64,000 nt of DNA, taken from the NCBI GenBank assembly GCA_964016885.1, contig OZ024745.1, forward strand, positions 88,722,001-88,786,000, given 5' to 3'. A program made the position numbers and the translations under genes. Shown here piece after piece: positions 1 through 12,931 of this stretch (the first letter of the stretch is position 1; each line of letters begins with the position of its first letter). The notes below the pieces were generated by a model. It searched no databases. It saw only the letters and a list, made by a program, of their open reading frames with translations, and was not told the origin of the DNA. The DNA is from Eledone cirrhosa. Taxonomy: Eukaryota.

Positions 1-148
<148 letters not shown>

Positions 149-666
149 TTGTGTGTGTTTGTATGAGGAAGTGTGTATGTATGTTCATGTGTGTGTGCTT
201 GTGTGCGTGTATGTGCCTTTCAATGTTTATTCAAATATTTCCATTACTCTAATTGCTTACAGTGTTTATTTCATCTTGTTGATTTCATATTTATTTTAAG
301 TTTAGCGGCTTCAAATTGAATTCGCTTGATGTGTAGGTCAACATTAAAGTACACATTATCAGAAGTGATAAATATATGTTTATATTCCTCAAATATATAT
401 TGGTTAATAGGAAAATTCTCTACAAACAGATTCTCGTTTACCCGATTAATTTCAATTCCGCCATGCTTCATTAGAATGTGTAAGTTCATGGAATATACTC
501 ACAAACAGATAGACACACAGTGATAGACCAATGATAGACCAATACTCTCGCAATCTCCTACTGAAATCATACGCGTATGCCGATATATTTATGCATGCAT
601 GTGTGCATGTATACATTCACGTACGCATAGATAGATGCTCTGACATATACATGTATATATATATAA

Positions 667-816
<150 letters not shown>

Positions 817-1459
817 TTAATAAATAACAATCAAAGCGCTAGACAGTAATCATCGGAGTACAAATCAAAGATTAAGACGCAGATGAATATGGGAAGAAAG
901 CATAAATAATAAATATTAACATTCATATAAGAGAAGAAAGCAAACATAGAAGCATATGAAAATATGAACATATATATGCAATTATGAGCAGCTAAAACCA
1001 TTAAAAATCTTTAAAATATGCTGCTATACAGAAATATGCTGCTATAGGGAAGTAAACCATACTCAAAGGCATATATCATAATTAATAAATTAACATATCA
1101 CATAAGCATAACAAAAGTTTAAAAAACAGATGCATAGATGAAATATAAATTCAAGAATATATACATCTCCAAAATATATTTTTAATAAAAAGTTTGACTC
1201 CGTCTTTCAGTTATAAGTATATAGATACTCTATTATTCTTTAAAAGTAATAATATCGGTGTAGTCAGCAAAATAAACCTTAACATGCTATTATTATTAAT
1301 AATTAATCAAACCAATCGAAGGAATTAATATTAAGAAAATAGAATCAGCTCTGTATTATACTTGTTATCTTACATGGAGCTATTGTCATACTTGTAATTG
1401 GATAATATTTAATATTACCCACATTTTTATATATATATATGTATATGTATATGTATATG

Positions 1460-1584
<125 letters not shown>

Positions 1585-1776
1585 TAAGGTTTGCTGGTTC
1601 ACCACTGGATAGAACTGGTCATTCCGTATGGTCAAACCTGGTGTAATATTGTGAAGAGTACTCAACGTAGTGCAGTTCACCCATCTTCGTTTGTGTAGTT
1701 GGTGGTGCGAATAGGGAGTTAATTATAAATGAAGTAACAGGAGGCAGGACTGGTGTAAATCCTTGAAAGGTTTATT

Positions 1777-1834
1777 ATACTACGATCATTTCAATAAGCG
1801 GGTTCCATATGAATCCGGTAATATCATCAGGTAT
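1777..1834 (-). ncRNA. Minimal type I hammerhead ribozyme motif (opposite arm)
   Basis: Minus strand reads ATAC-CTGATGA-...-GAAA-TGATCG-TA-GTAT. Stem II is more degenerate than in the + arm. Confidence 0.65.
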
Positions 1835-1858
1835 TGGAATTTACTTTGTTATATTCCA

Positions 1859-1916
1859 ATACCTGATGATATCACCGGATTCATATGGAACCCGGTCATT
1901 GAAATGATCATAGTAT
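1859..1916 (+). ncRNA. Minimal type I hammerhead ribozyme motif
   Basis: ATAC-CTGATGA-(stem II ACCGG...CCGGT)-GAAA-TGATCA-TA-GTAT. Stem I is ATAC/GTAT, stem-loop III is palindromic and the triplet is ATA. Confidence 0.75.
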
Positions 1917-1962
1917 AATAAACCTTTCAAGGATTTACACCAGTCCAGCCTCCTGTTACTTC

Positions 1963-2010
<48 letters not shown>

Positions 2011-2048
2011 TAATACAAATATATATATATATATATATATACTAATAC

Positions 2049-2086
<38 letters not shown>

Positions 2087-2100
2087 GTTATAAATATACG

Positions 2101-2165
<65 letters not shown>

Positions 2166-2265
2166 TATATATATATACTAATACAATTGTATCATCATCA
2201 TCATCATCATTTTACGTCCGCTTTTCCCTGATATGATACATATGTATATATATATATATATATAT

Positions 2266-2420
2266 ATAACAAAGAAGGTGTGGTAAGAAGCCAGGTGGAC
2301 CTTAACGCACCACGTACTCGACGGTATTAGAGTGGGTAATAGGAGAAGAATCAGGACCCCAACGAATGATCTCCGGCCGTTTCGACAGCTAGATCCGGAC
2401 TGTGCAGAATATGAATCAAT
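2266..2420. repeat. Interspersed repeat, same family as 12672-12833
   Basis: Shares ATAAC..GTGGTAAG..CCAGGTGGAC..TAACGCACCA..AGAGTGGGTAATAGGA..AGGACCCC and begins at a (TA)n tract. Confidence 0.7.
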
Positions 2421-2434
2421 AAAATGAATGTCTG

Positions 2435-2774
<340 letters not shown>

Positions 2775-2919
2775 TGTGTTTGTGTGTAGGATAAAAGATA
2801 AAGCTCCGATAACTCCTTTTGGAGTAGTAGAGGTACCGTCATGCGGTGTCTCTAGGGCACTTTTAAACCTAGTGAAGCCCAACCCTCCCCAGGGTTTCTA
2901 TAGAGGAAGAATTAACCCA

Positions 2920-3032
2920 AGTACGGCACTAGTACTCTTTTTACGACTTTGAAAGGATGAATGGCAAAGTTGACCACGGCGGGATTTGGACTCAGAGCGC
3001 GAGATGAGGTGGGACGAATACCGTAAAGCATT
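2920..3032 (-). mobile_element. tRNA-derived SINE fragment (Nin/Deu-like domain)
   Basis: Reverse complement of a B-box-like GAGTCCAAATCCCGCCG followed by ACTTTGCCATTCATCC. Confidence 0.7.
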
Positions 3033-3146
3033 GATATATATATAGATCCAGGGGTTGTAACAAGGAGTTACTGCAGGTTCACCCGTGAGAGCACTCGATG
3101 TTTAGGTTCACTTCTGTGATGAGGTGTAGAACTATACAGATTGTAA

Positions 3147-5965
3147 TATATTGAAAGGATAACAAGGACGATTGATTATTCCTTCATTGCATTTATTGAT
3201 AGGTGACTCGCGTTTCGCCACTGATCAGCTCAAGGTTCGATCTATATTGATCCTACCCGACTTAATAATCGGACCTTCTTAAAATGCTATAAGAAAATGC
3301 CGGCAATAAGGAGTACTCATATATAGGTGCGACATCCAATACATTTAAGGAGCGCTGGTATAACCACAGAAGCTCCTTCAAACATAGACTGAAACGACCC
3401 CAAACCAAACTGGCCGCTTGATCTGGGACCTCAAGGACAGGAATATTGAACCCCAGATTTCGTGGTCAGTGAACAGACGCGTGGCATATATCCCCAGTGA
3501 CAGAAACCACTGCAGATTATGCCTGGCTGAGGCGGCGGAAATAATTAAATTAAAATCCGCCATAAACTATAGGTCGGACATAATTGTCAATTGCAGACAC
3601 ACCAGGATGAACATCTTTTCTGCACAAACATTCGGGGGAGGGCCACGCACTAACCATGACCCACCATAATAATAACCACATCTGCCCCGTATCACCATCG
3701 CCCATCTCAACGAATTTATTCATTTTAATTTTAATTTTAATTTTAATTTTAATTTCGTTTTATTTTACTTTATCTTATTTTATTGTATTGCATCTAACCA
3801 TCTGTAAGTCCGTATTTTGTATATCATACCGCATACATCACCCACACCAAAAATCACACTAACCATGACCCAGCATATTAATAACCACCTCTACCCGTCT
3901 CACCATCGCCCATCTCAGTGAACTTATTTCACTGTACTGCATGTAACCATTTCTAAGCCCGCATTTGTATATCATACCGCATACATCACCCCAACCAAAA
4001 TTCACATCACCATACACCCCACATCGTTGCAACATCGTATTAGATCGGTCTCCTATAATAGGTTTTACCTTACAATCTATAATAACAAGGGATCTTGTAA
4101 ATACAATGTCGATCATATCACACCATTGCCACCACCACCACACCACACATCGTCATATGTCTACCATACACACCTACAACCTTATCCCCCCATGCTCCCT
4201 CTGTCTACCCTAACCTACAGCCCTACGCTAAATTCGACCCTGTAAATGTACTGTCGCACGCACACACAACCACCGCCACCACTAGATACATCCACATACT
4301 TCAACAATCATTAACATCATTAGCATCATCAACACATATCATGCCTCGCTCACAAATCGACTATTATACCCCCCCACCCCAGTCTGCCTTACCCTGTAAC
4401 ACACCGTAACTTCTGATCATGTAATCATCTTGTCGAACATATCACCCCAGTACCACCACCACCACCACCATGACCACAACACACATCGCCATACGTCCAT
4501 AAACTCTTCTCCCCCGCGTTCCCTATGTCACCTTTTAACCGGTAACCCATCGCACCATTCGATCCTGTATATAATTTTGTCGCTCACAACTCCACCACCA
4601 CCACCACAAGACACAACTCCATACTTCATCAACACCGCCAACACATACCCCCACTCCCCAACCAACGCAAATGTGTGTGTCTGTGTGTAAGTATTTTTTA
4701 CATATACGGGCGTATAGATATGCGTGTGTGTATGCATATTTATATGTATATATATGTGTATGTGCATATATATATGTGTATATAAATATATATATATATG
4801 TATGTGTGTACGTATGTGTATGTCTACATATATGTATATAGGTGAATCTGAGTGTATGTGTACGTGAGCTCGTATATGTGCATGTATGTGTATATGTGCG
4901 TGTGTGTCTGTATATATGTGTGTGTATATATATGTGTGAGTATACGTGTGTGTGAGTGTGTATGTGTATATTTTGTGTGCGTGCATGTGCCCATATACAT
5001 ATATGTGTGTGTATATATATGTGTGAGTATACGTGTGTGTATGTGTATATTTTGTATACGTGCGTGTGCGTGCCTGTGCCCATATCCATATGTGTGTATG
5101 AGTATATGTATGTGTATGTATATATGTATAACACCTTCTCCATTGCCTATCACCTTCCCTCCATCTTTGTCCCTCGCCACCCCCACCGATACTCCCCCAC
5201 TCTCCATATTTGTGTCCGCATGCGCGCATGCACATACATGTGTGTACATATACATATGGCTGTGTATGAGCGTGTGTCGATATGTGAGGGCAAGGGTGTG
5301 CGTAAGTGTTTTGTGTTGTGTGTGTTTATACAACAATATATGTGCACATATATACATGTGTGTGTGTATACGTATATACAACGTATTTGTCAGACGAAGA
5401 GCGTCTAGCTATGTATCTATGTAAGGACCTGACGCCACCAATACATCCATCACACCACCACAAACGCCACTACCATAAACAACAACACCACTACCACACA
5501 CCCCCACACACGCCAACCCGTCTACTGACAATCCACTAACCTCATACAACAGTCCATCCCACTAAGCGACCATAACCACCATCATATCATCACATCCACC
5601 CCCATATAATCTACACGCCAAAGCCAACCCACCACCACCACACCACAGCCCATCTCATCCACCGACGGTCACCAACATCTCACCATCACATCCACCCCCA
5701 TATACACTACAGGCCAGTACATCGCCTTGATCTTTCCCACCAATCAAAACAACTCATTTTGTCAAACTCTTGAAACTCTGTCTTTACCACATAACACGTA
5801 TTTCATTTTTTTATAGCATTTTAAGAGGCTCCGTCGAGCTGCCGATTATTTAGTTGGGTAGGATCGATTTAGATCGAACCTTGAGCAGATCAGTGGCGAA
5901 ACGCGCGTCACCTATCAATAAATGCAATGAAGGAATAATCAATCGTCCTTGTTATCCTTTCAATA
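3147..5965 (+). mobile_element. 5'-truncated Penelope-like element with ~150-bp inverted termini
   Basis: 3147-3298 is the reverse complement of ~5806-5965 and the outer ends abut TA dinucleotides. Inside are a GIY-YIG remnant and a long low-complexity 3' region. Confidence 0.8.
3293..3669 (+). pseudogene. PLE GIY-YIG endonuclease C-terminal remnant
   Basis: Frameshifted translation IGATSNTFKERWYNHRSSF...IWDLKD...CRLCLAEAAEII...INYRSDIIVNCRH. Confidence 0.85.
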
Positions 5966-6021
5966 TATATATATATATTATTATATATATATATATATAT
6001 AGTTATATATATAATTATATA

Positions 6022-7001
6022 GGTTATCGAGTTGAGCTCTGCTGAGGATCGAATTCCAACCGTGACCATATCCACTGAAAGTTTTCGTGAAATAGTCTTT
6101 AAGACTATACAGAGCATTTGAAGTTTTTCCAAATTGAAGTATGAGTATTTTAAACTTTATTTTATTATGAGTTAAGGCTCTATTGATTTTTCCCTGGATT
6201 TCACTAAATTCTGTCGATGAATCTATATCCTGATTCTCTTTGAGATGAGTTTGATTTATTTTTCCCACATCTTACGTTAACTATTTTTCCCACTTTGACG
6301 CTATAGTCACTTATATATTATGGAATACTGTTGGATTTTTGCTACAATGTTTTCTATACCTTTCATTTATATATTTATACTCGGATTTCTTTCCTAGAGT
6401 GCTTGAATTATTTGTGACTAATCCCGGTATTTTTTTATTAAAAACCGCGATAATATTGCTTTTTGCTGAACTCCTTATTGCAGAGTTTTTTTTTCGGAAT
6501 GTTTTTTGACTGTTGTCTCTTGTAAATAAACATTCGTCACATTATGACGTCACCAGCCCTACCCTTCCACATGTGCGTTTTGTTTTTCATAATCACGCAT
6601 GATGGTGAAGTAGCCTGTTTTAAATTCCCTTTTTGGCATATTAATCTGTGAGAATTTTGGTTATCGAGTTGAGCTCTGCTGAGGATCTAATTCTAACCGT
6701 GACCATCTCCACTGAAAGTTTTCGTGGAATAGTCTTTAAGACTATACAGAGCATTTGAAGTTTTTCCAAATTGAAGGATGAGTATTTTAAACTTTATTTT
6801 ATCATGAGTTAAGGCTCTATTGATTTGTCCCTGGATTTGACTAAATTCTGTGGATGAATCTATATCCTGATTCTCTTTGAGATGAGTTTGATTGATTTTT
6901 CTCACATTATACGTTAACTATTTTTCCCATTTTGACGCTATAGTCACTTATATATTATGGAATACTGTTGGCTTTTTGCTACAATGTTTTCTATACCTTT
7001 C

Positions 7002-7005
<4 letters not shown>
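6022..7005 (+). mobile_element. Tandem ~637-bp HHR-containing non-coding repeat (retrozyme-like), ~1.5 units
   Basis: 6022-6370 recurs at ~6659-7005. HHR cores sit at 6042 and 6679, and the block is flanked by (TA)n. Confidence 0.8.
6036..6115 (+). ncRNA. Type I hammerhead ribozyme
   Basis: GCTCTG-CTGAGGA-T-CGAA...TTCG-T-GAAA-TAGTCT-TTA-AGACTA-TA-CAGAGC, giving a 6-bp stem I, a stable stem III and an ATA triplet. Confidence 0.85.
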
Positions 7006-7047
<42 letters not shown>

Positions 7048-7051
<4 letters not shown>

Positions 7052-7177
7052 GGAAAAAATGAAACAAAATTTCATTTCCTACTCTTAGTACGGCTGTTAC
7101 TTAAATATAAGTATGTACACGTACATACATATATGTATGCAGACGTACAGTAGTATGAATATATATATACATACATG

Positions 7178-7225
<48 letters not shown>

Positions 7226-8438
7226 TATGGATTCACCGAACATTTATTATAATGCTCGGTGTGTTTGTAAACAAACATCACGTATTAAGCCGTAGTGTCT
7301 AGCAACCATCGTTGCTCGTTTGTTCAACACTGACAAAGGAACGCTGAACTATTTCAAGCTTATTAGCTATCGTCAGCAACGTATACGTTCCTGCCATATT
7401 GTTGAACGTATATACTTACCTTATGCATATTAAGGGCTGAGTAGCCCAATTTGTATATCGAGTGGGTTAATCGGCCAGGTGCACCGAAAACGATAAACGG
7501 AAAAAATGAAACGAAATTTTCATTTCCCACTCTTAGTACGGCTGTTAATTAAATATAAGTATGTACACGTACATACATATATGTATACAGACGTACAGGA
7601 GTATGTATATATACATGCACACATATATATATGTACGTATGGATTCACCGAACATTTATTATAATGCTCGGTGTGGGAAATGAATTTTCTAAGAGTGGGA
7701 AATGAAATTTCGTTTCATTTTTTCCGTTTATCGTTTTCGGTGCACGCAGCCGATTAACCAACTCGATATGCAAATTGGGCTACTCATCCGTTAATATGCA
7801 TAAGGTAAGTATATACGTTCAACAATCTGGCAGGAAGGTATACGGTGCTGACGATAGCTAATAAGCTTGAAACTAGTACCGCGTTCAGTGTCAGTGTTGA
7901 ACAAAAAGGTGACGTGGTTGCCTAAACACTGTACGGCGTAATTCGGGCTGTTTGTTTACAAACAAACAAACCGAGCACTATAATAAATGTTCGGTAAACC
8001 GTTACGTGCATATATATATGTGTGCATGTATGTATATATATACATACTACTGTACGTCTGTATACATATATGTATGTACCTATACATACATACATACTTA
8101 TATTTAAGTAAGTGGCGCACTAAGAGTGAGAAATGAAATTTCGTTTCATTCTATTCCATTTATCGGTTTCGGTGTGCCAGGCCGACTGAACTCACTCGAT
8201 ATGCAAATTAGGCTGCTCAGCCGATAATATGCATGAGGAAAGTATATACTTTCAGACGTTCAACCATCTGGCAGGAAAGTATACGATGCTGACGATAGCT
8301 AATAAGCTTGAAACTAGTACATCGTACCTGTGTCAGTGTTGAACAAGAAGGTGACGTGGTTGCCTAAACACTGTGCGGCGTAATCGGGCTGTTTGTTTGT
8401 TTACAAACAAATAAACCGAGCATTATAATCAATGTTAT
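7048..8438. mobile_element. ~440-bp HHR tandem-repeat family (retrozyme-like), arranged as opposed tandem arms
   Basis: The unit start AAACGGAAAAAATGAAAC recurs at ~7048 and ~7495. From ~7690 the same unit runs in reverse orientation, with + strand HHR cores at 7848 and 8289. Confidence 0.85.
8282..8326 (+). ncRNA. Minimal type I hammerhead ribozyme
   Basis: TACGATG-CTGACGA-T-AGCT-AATA-AGCT-T-GAAA-CTAG-TA-CATCGTA, giving a 7-bp stem I, palindromic stem III (ACTAGT) and a GTA triplet. Confidence 0.88.
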
Positions 8439-8440
8439 AC

Positions 8441-8481
<41 letters not shown>

Positions 8482-8482
<1 letters not shown>

Positions 8483-9151
8483 TTCCTTTTCTTTTTTTCT
8501 CTTATTTCTGGGTTAGAAAATGATTAAGACCAAATATTTTACTTTGTGTGAAGTGTTAAGGTATTAGTTAATTTATTTATTAATTAAAAATGGCTTTTAT
8601 TTATTTATTTAGATATTTAATAATTGTCTATTACCGGTTTCAGCATTTTATGCATTATCAAATGATAATAATATGTATTGGTGAAAATGGTGGTGTTGAA
8701 CATGTTAAGAAAATGGTGCAAAAAGAATAATGTTATTTACAAACATGGTTTAGGAAGTGAAAAGAAAAAAGAAAAGAAAAGGGGCGTAATGTGGAACATA
8801 ATAGGGCAATGTGAAAGAAAAAATAATATTAATATGTTCCACATTACGGTCCTTTTTTCTTTTTTCTTTTCACTTCATAAACCTTGTTTGTAAATAACAT
8901 TATTCTTTTTACACCATTTCCTTAACATGTTCAACACCACCATTTTACACCAATACATATTATTATCATTTGATAATGCATAAAAATGCTGAAACCGGTA
9001 ATAGACAATTATTAAATATCTAAATAAATAAATAAATGCCATTGTTAATTAATAAATAAATTAACTAATACCTTAACACTTCACACAAAGTAAAATATTT
9101 TGTTTTAATCATTTTCTAACCCAGAAAAAAGAGAAAAATTAAAAAGGAAAA
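8482..9151. mobile_element. ~670-bp foldback built from two inverted copies of a PLE 3' terminus
   Basis: 8482-8800 is the reverse complement of ~8833-9151. The arm matches 23108-23400, the 3' end of the PLE at 23.1-26.9 kb. Confidence 0.85.
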
Positions 9152-9224
9152 GAATATATTTTTCTTTCTAATAATCGTCTTTTTCTACCTGTTTTCATAT
9201 ATATATATATTTTTTTTTTTTTAA

Positions 9225-9790
9225 AAGACCGCATAATATTGCTTTTTGCTGAACTCCTTATTGTAGAGAGTTTTTTTCGGAATGTTTTTGACTGTTGTTT
9301 CATGTAAACATACATTCGTCTCATTCTGACGTCACCAGCCCTCTTTTTCCACATGTGCGTTTTATTTTCATAATCACGCACGATATTAAACTAGCTTGAC
9401 TTTAAATTCCCTTTTTGGCATATTAATCAGTGAGACCTTGGTTACCATGTTGAGCTCTGCTGATGAACGGAATCCAACCGTGACCATCCCCACTGAAAGT
9501 TTTAGTGAAATAGTCTTTTCAAGACTATACAGACCACTTGAAGTTGTCCCAAATTGAAGGATGAGTATTTTAGACTTTGGTTTATCATGAGTTAAGGCTC
9601 TATTGATTTTTCCCTGGATTTCTCTAAATTCTGTTGGATAAATCTATATCCTGATTCTTTTTGAATTGAGTTTGAGTTATTTTTCCCACATCTTACGTTA
9701 ACTATTTTCCCATTTTGACGCTATAGTCACTTATATATATATAATACGGAATACTGTTAGCTTCTCGCTACAATAATTTCTATACCTTTC

Positions 9791-9795
<5 letters not shown>
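9225..9795 (+). mobile_element. Third, dispersed copy of the ~637-bp HHR repeat
   Basis: Aligns to 6445-7005. Its HHR at ~9456-9533 reads TCTG-CTGATGA-...-GAAA-TAGTCTT-TTC-AAGACTA-TA-CAGA. Confidence 0.85.
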
Positions 9796-9832
<37 letters not shown>

Positions 9833-10119
9833 TAACTCGTGTACTCTTTCTACACATTTTATTATTATTATTATATATATATTTATACCGTAAACATTTA
9901 TACCTCGAATCTGCCTCTATAGAAAAAATCGGGTGTGTTCAGACCTAGTGCCTCTACAATTCGAAAAGGAGTCATGGCTCTTTATCGTATATAAATATAC
10001 AAATACATACATATATATATTTTTTTTTTCTAAGTTGAGACAGTAAACAGAAAACAAAAAGTAAAAAAACATGGAAGCGAAGAGGCAGTACAAATGTTAA
10101 TATTAGTTTCACGTTTGAG

Positions 10120-10920
10120 AGTGGAGGAAGGACGTTTCGGGCATAAGCCTTTCATCGGGAGAAAAGGGGGCAGGAAGAGAGCTCCGAGGGTGTGTGGGGG
10201 ACTGGAGGAAAGACATTTAAAAAGGGGGGAGGGAAAAGATAAGAAAACATTTTTTTAGAGAGTAAAAACATAAAAAATAAAAATAAACCCGTGGTGAAAG
10301 GGTGTAAGGCGTCTAGGGTGGAGAGGGGAGAGGGGAGAGGGAGACGGTGGGGCCCGAGCGGAGAAGGCTGAAGGTGGTGTGTGTGTAGGGGGGGGGGGGT
10401 TAGGTGTACGTGTGTGTGGATGTGAATGTGAGAGTTGGGGAAGAACGGGTTCCATGTTCGGACAACTGGGAAACCGGTGTGTATATGGGGTGGGGCATAA
10501 GCCAGAGTGCGTGTGCATCTGGATGGAGAGGTGTCAGAGGGGGTGGGGGAGAGGAGGTGTGGGAAAGAGGGGCATGTGGATTCCGGATGCTGAGTGAGTG
10601 TATGTGAGGATACGCACGCGTGTGTGTGTGTTTATATGTGGTGTTGATGTATTTTTGCGTGGTGCGAAAATAGTGTAAGTGTTGTTTGCGTGTGTGTATG
10701 ATTTTCCACGGGCTCTGAGACAGGATGCTGGAGATTCTGAGGGTGACAGGATGGATAGTTGGAGCGCTGGACTGGTGGTGTAAAATCCTGCTTTGGTAGT
10801 GAAATACTGGTATGGTAGTGAAGAAGTGTAGAGTTGTGGGGTGCGCGCGCAACATGAAGTGGTCAGAGGTTCAAAGTAGGGCGAAGGAGGAGGGAGGAAG
10901 GAGATAGCAGGACGGAGGTG
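10120..10920 (-). mobile_element. Degraded PLE-like remnant with degenerate HHR
   Basis: Minus strand CCGATGA-AA-GGC-TTAT-GCC-C-GAAA-CG-TC at ~10131-10158 has no clear stem I. Upstream TIHPVTLRISSILS resembles PLE thumb/linker peptides. Confidence 0.4.
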
Positions 10921-11018
10921 ACAGCAGACAAGTAGTGAGGAGGCTGACAGGTATAGAGATGGTCAGTATGTGGTGTGGAATGTGCGTATGTGTGTGCGGA
11001 ATATATATATATATATAT

Positions 11019-12196
11019 TAATTCAGCGAGAATCGTATTTCGGCGGGTAGAAATAAGCGAAGCGCAATTTCTGAGTTGTGTTGGCAAGCGCTCCATGGAC
11101 CAAAGGAGACCAGAGCAATAAACATATGTTATAAAGGCCATACAAACTGAGACTGTGGTTAAGAAGCTATCAACCACCTAAGCCAAATAAAAACGAAGCA
11201 AGCTAAACGGGTCAAACAAAATAAATGAAATATTTACCCGGACTCTTGGAAATGATGGTATAATCCAGTACAGGGTTTCTGCGACACCTACATCAATAAT
11301 ACTGTCTGCTTAAAAAAATAGGCTTTTGGTATAATGATCGAACAAGGTTATCACTTACTCAACAGGTATTTTGTTCTGTGCCAGCGTTTTGAATCTCACA
11401 GTGTTTTGAAAGCACATGTGTGACTCTACAGAGGAGAAAACCCCAAATTTTGGCAAATGAATTCAGTATGTGTAAATCAATGCAAAACTGCACAAATCGG
11501 ATTAAGCTCTCGACCGGGTAGTTTTTAAAATAAACTTAAGCAATTAATCATATATATATATGCGATTCTCGCTGAATCTTTATTTGTATTAATATCCCGT
11601 GTCTTACAATTAACTTGTTAATAATTTCTATTGACAGGTTAATTGTATAAGTTTATTTTAAAACTACTCGGTTGAGAACTTATTCGATTTATGCTATTTA
11701 TGCTATTTTTCGCATGATTTACACTAACTGAATTAATTTGCCAAAATCTGGGGTTATTCCCCTTGTGATTTCCACAGGTGGTTTAACTTACCACCGTGTC
11801 ATTCACTTATTTGGTACAGAGCAAAATACCTGTTGATAACGTGATATTCCTTGTTCGAGCGTTATACACAAAGCTTATATTTTTAAGCAGACTGTATTTT
11901 GATTTTTTTAGGTGCCACAGAAACTCTACATCGGATTTTAACAGCAATTCCGGGAGTCCAGGTCTAGTTATCATTTATTTTTTATCATTTATTTTGTTTT
12001 GACCTGTTTAGCTTGATTTGGTTTTCGGCTTGGGTGGTTAATGCCTTCTTGGCCACCTTTTCAGTTTTGTATGGCTTCTTAACACATTGTTTATTTCTGG
12101 TTTTTAACTATTGTGCACTTTGCCAGTATCATTTCTGATTTTTGCGCTTCGCTTCGCTTTTCCTGCCCGCCGAAATGCGATTCTCGCTGAATCTTT
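11019..12196. mobile_element. Diverged ~1.2-kb foldback element in (TA)n
   Basis: 11019-11550 and 11637-12196 are imperfect reverse complements with terminus ATTCAGCGAGAATCG. An extra terminus copy sits at 11561-11585. Confidence 0.75.
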
Positions 12197-12207
12197 ATTT
12201 GTTTATG

Positions 12208-12292
<85 letters not shown>

Positions 12293-12461
12293 TTAATAGG
12301 ACTAGAACTGTTTCATTCTTTAGAAATCATCAGGAATCTCTAATTAAAACTTTTATACTCTGCAATGTATTGAGTACCTTACTTACTGTGGTTACCTCCG
12401 ATTCAACCCGGAATAACGTACTATATATATATATAGATATAGATATATAGATAAATATATA

Positions 12462-12931
<470 letters not shown>

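Larger units (their letters stand above)
1726..1967. mobile_element. Palindromic (foldback) non-autonomous element with an HHR in each arm, probably derived from a PLE terminus
   Basis: 1726-1840 is the reverse complement of ~1853-1967 around a short spacer, and the right end abuts (TA)n. A single-arm copy lies at ~27942-28065. Confidence 0.8.

Noticed and set aside
271-489. Possible GIY-YIG C-terminal remnant
   Set aside because: The resemblance is only vague (KRIQFEAAKL) and the diagnostic motifs are absent.
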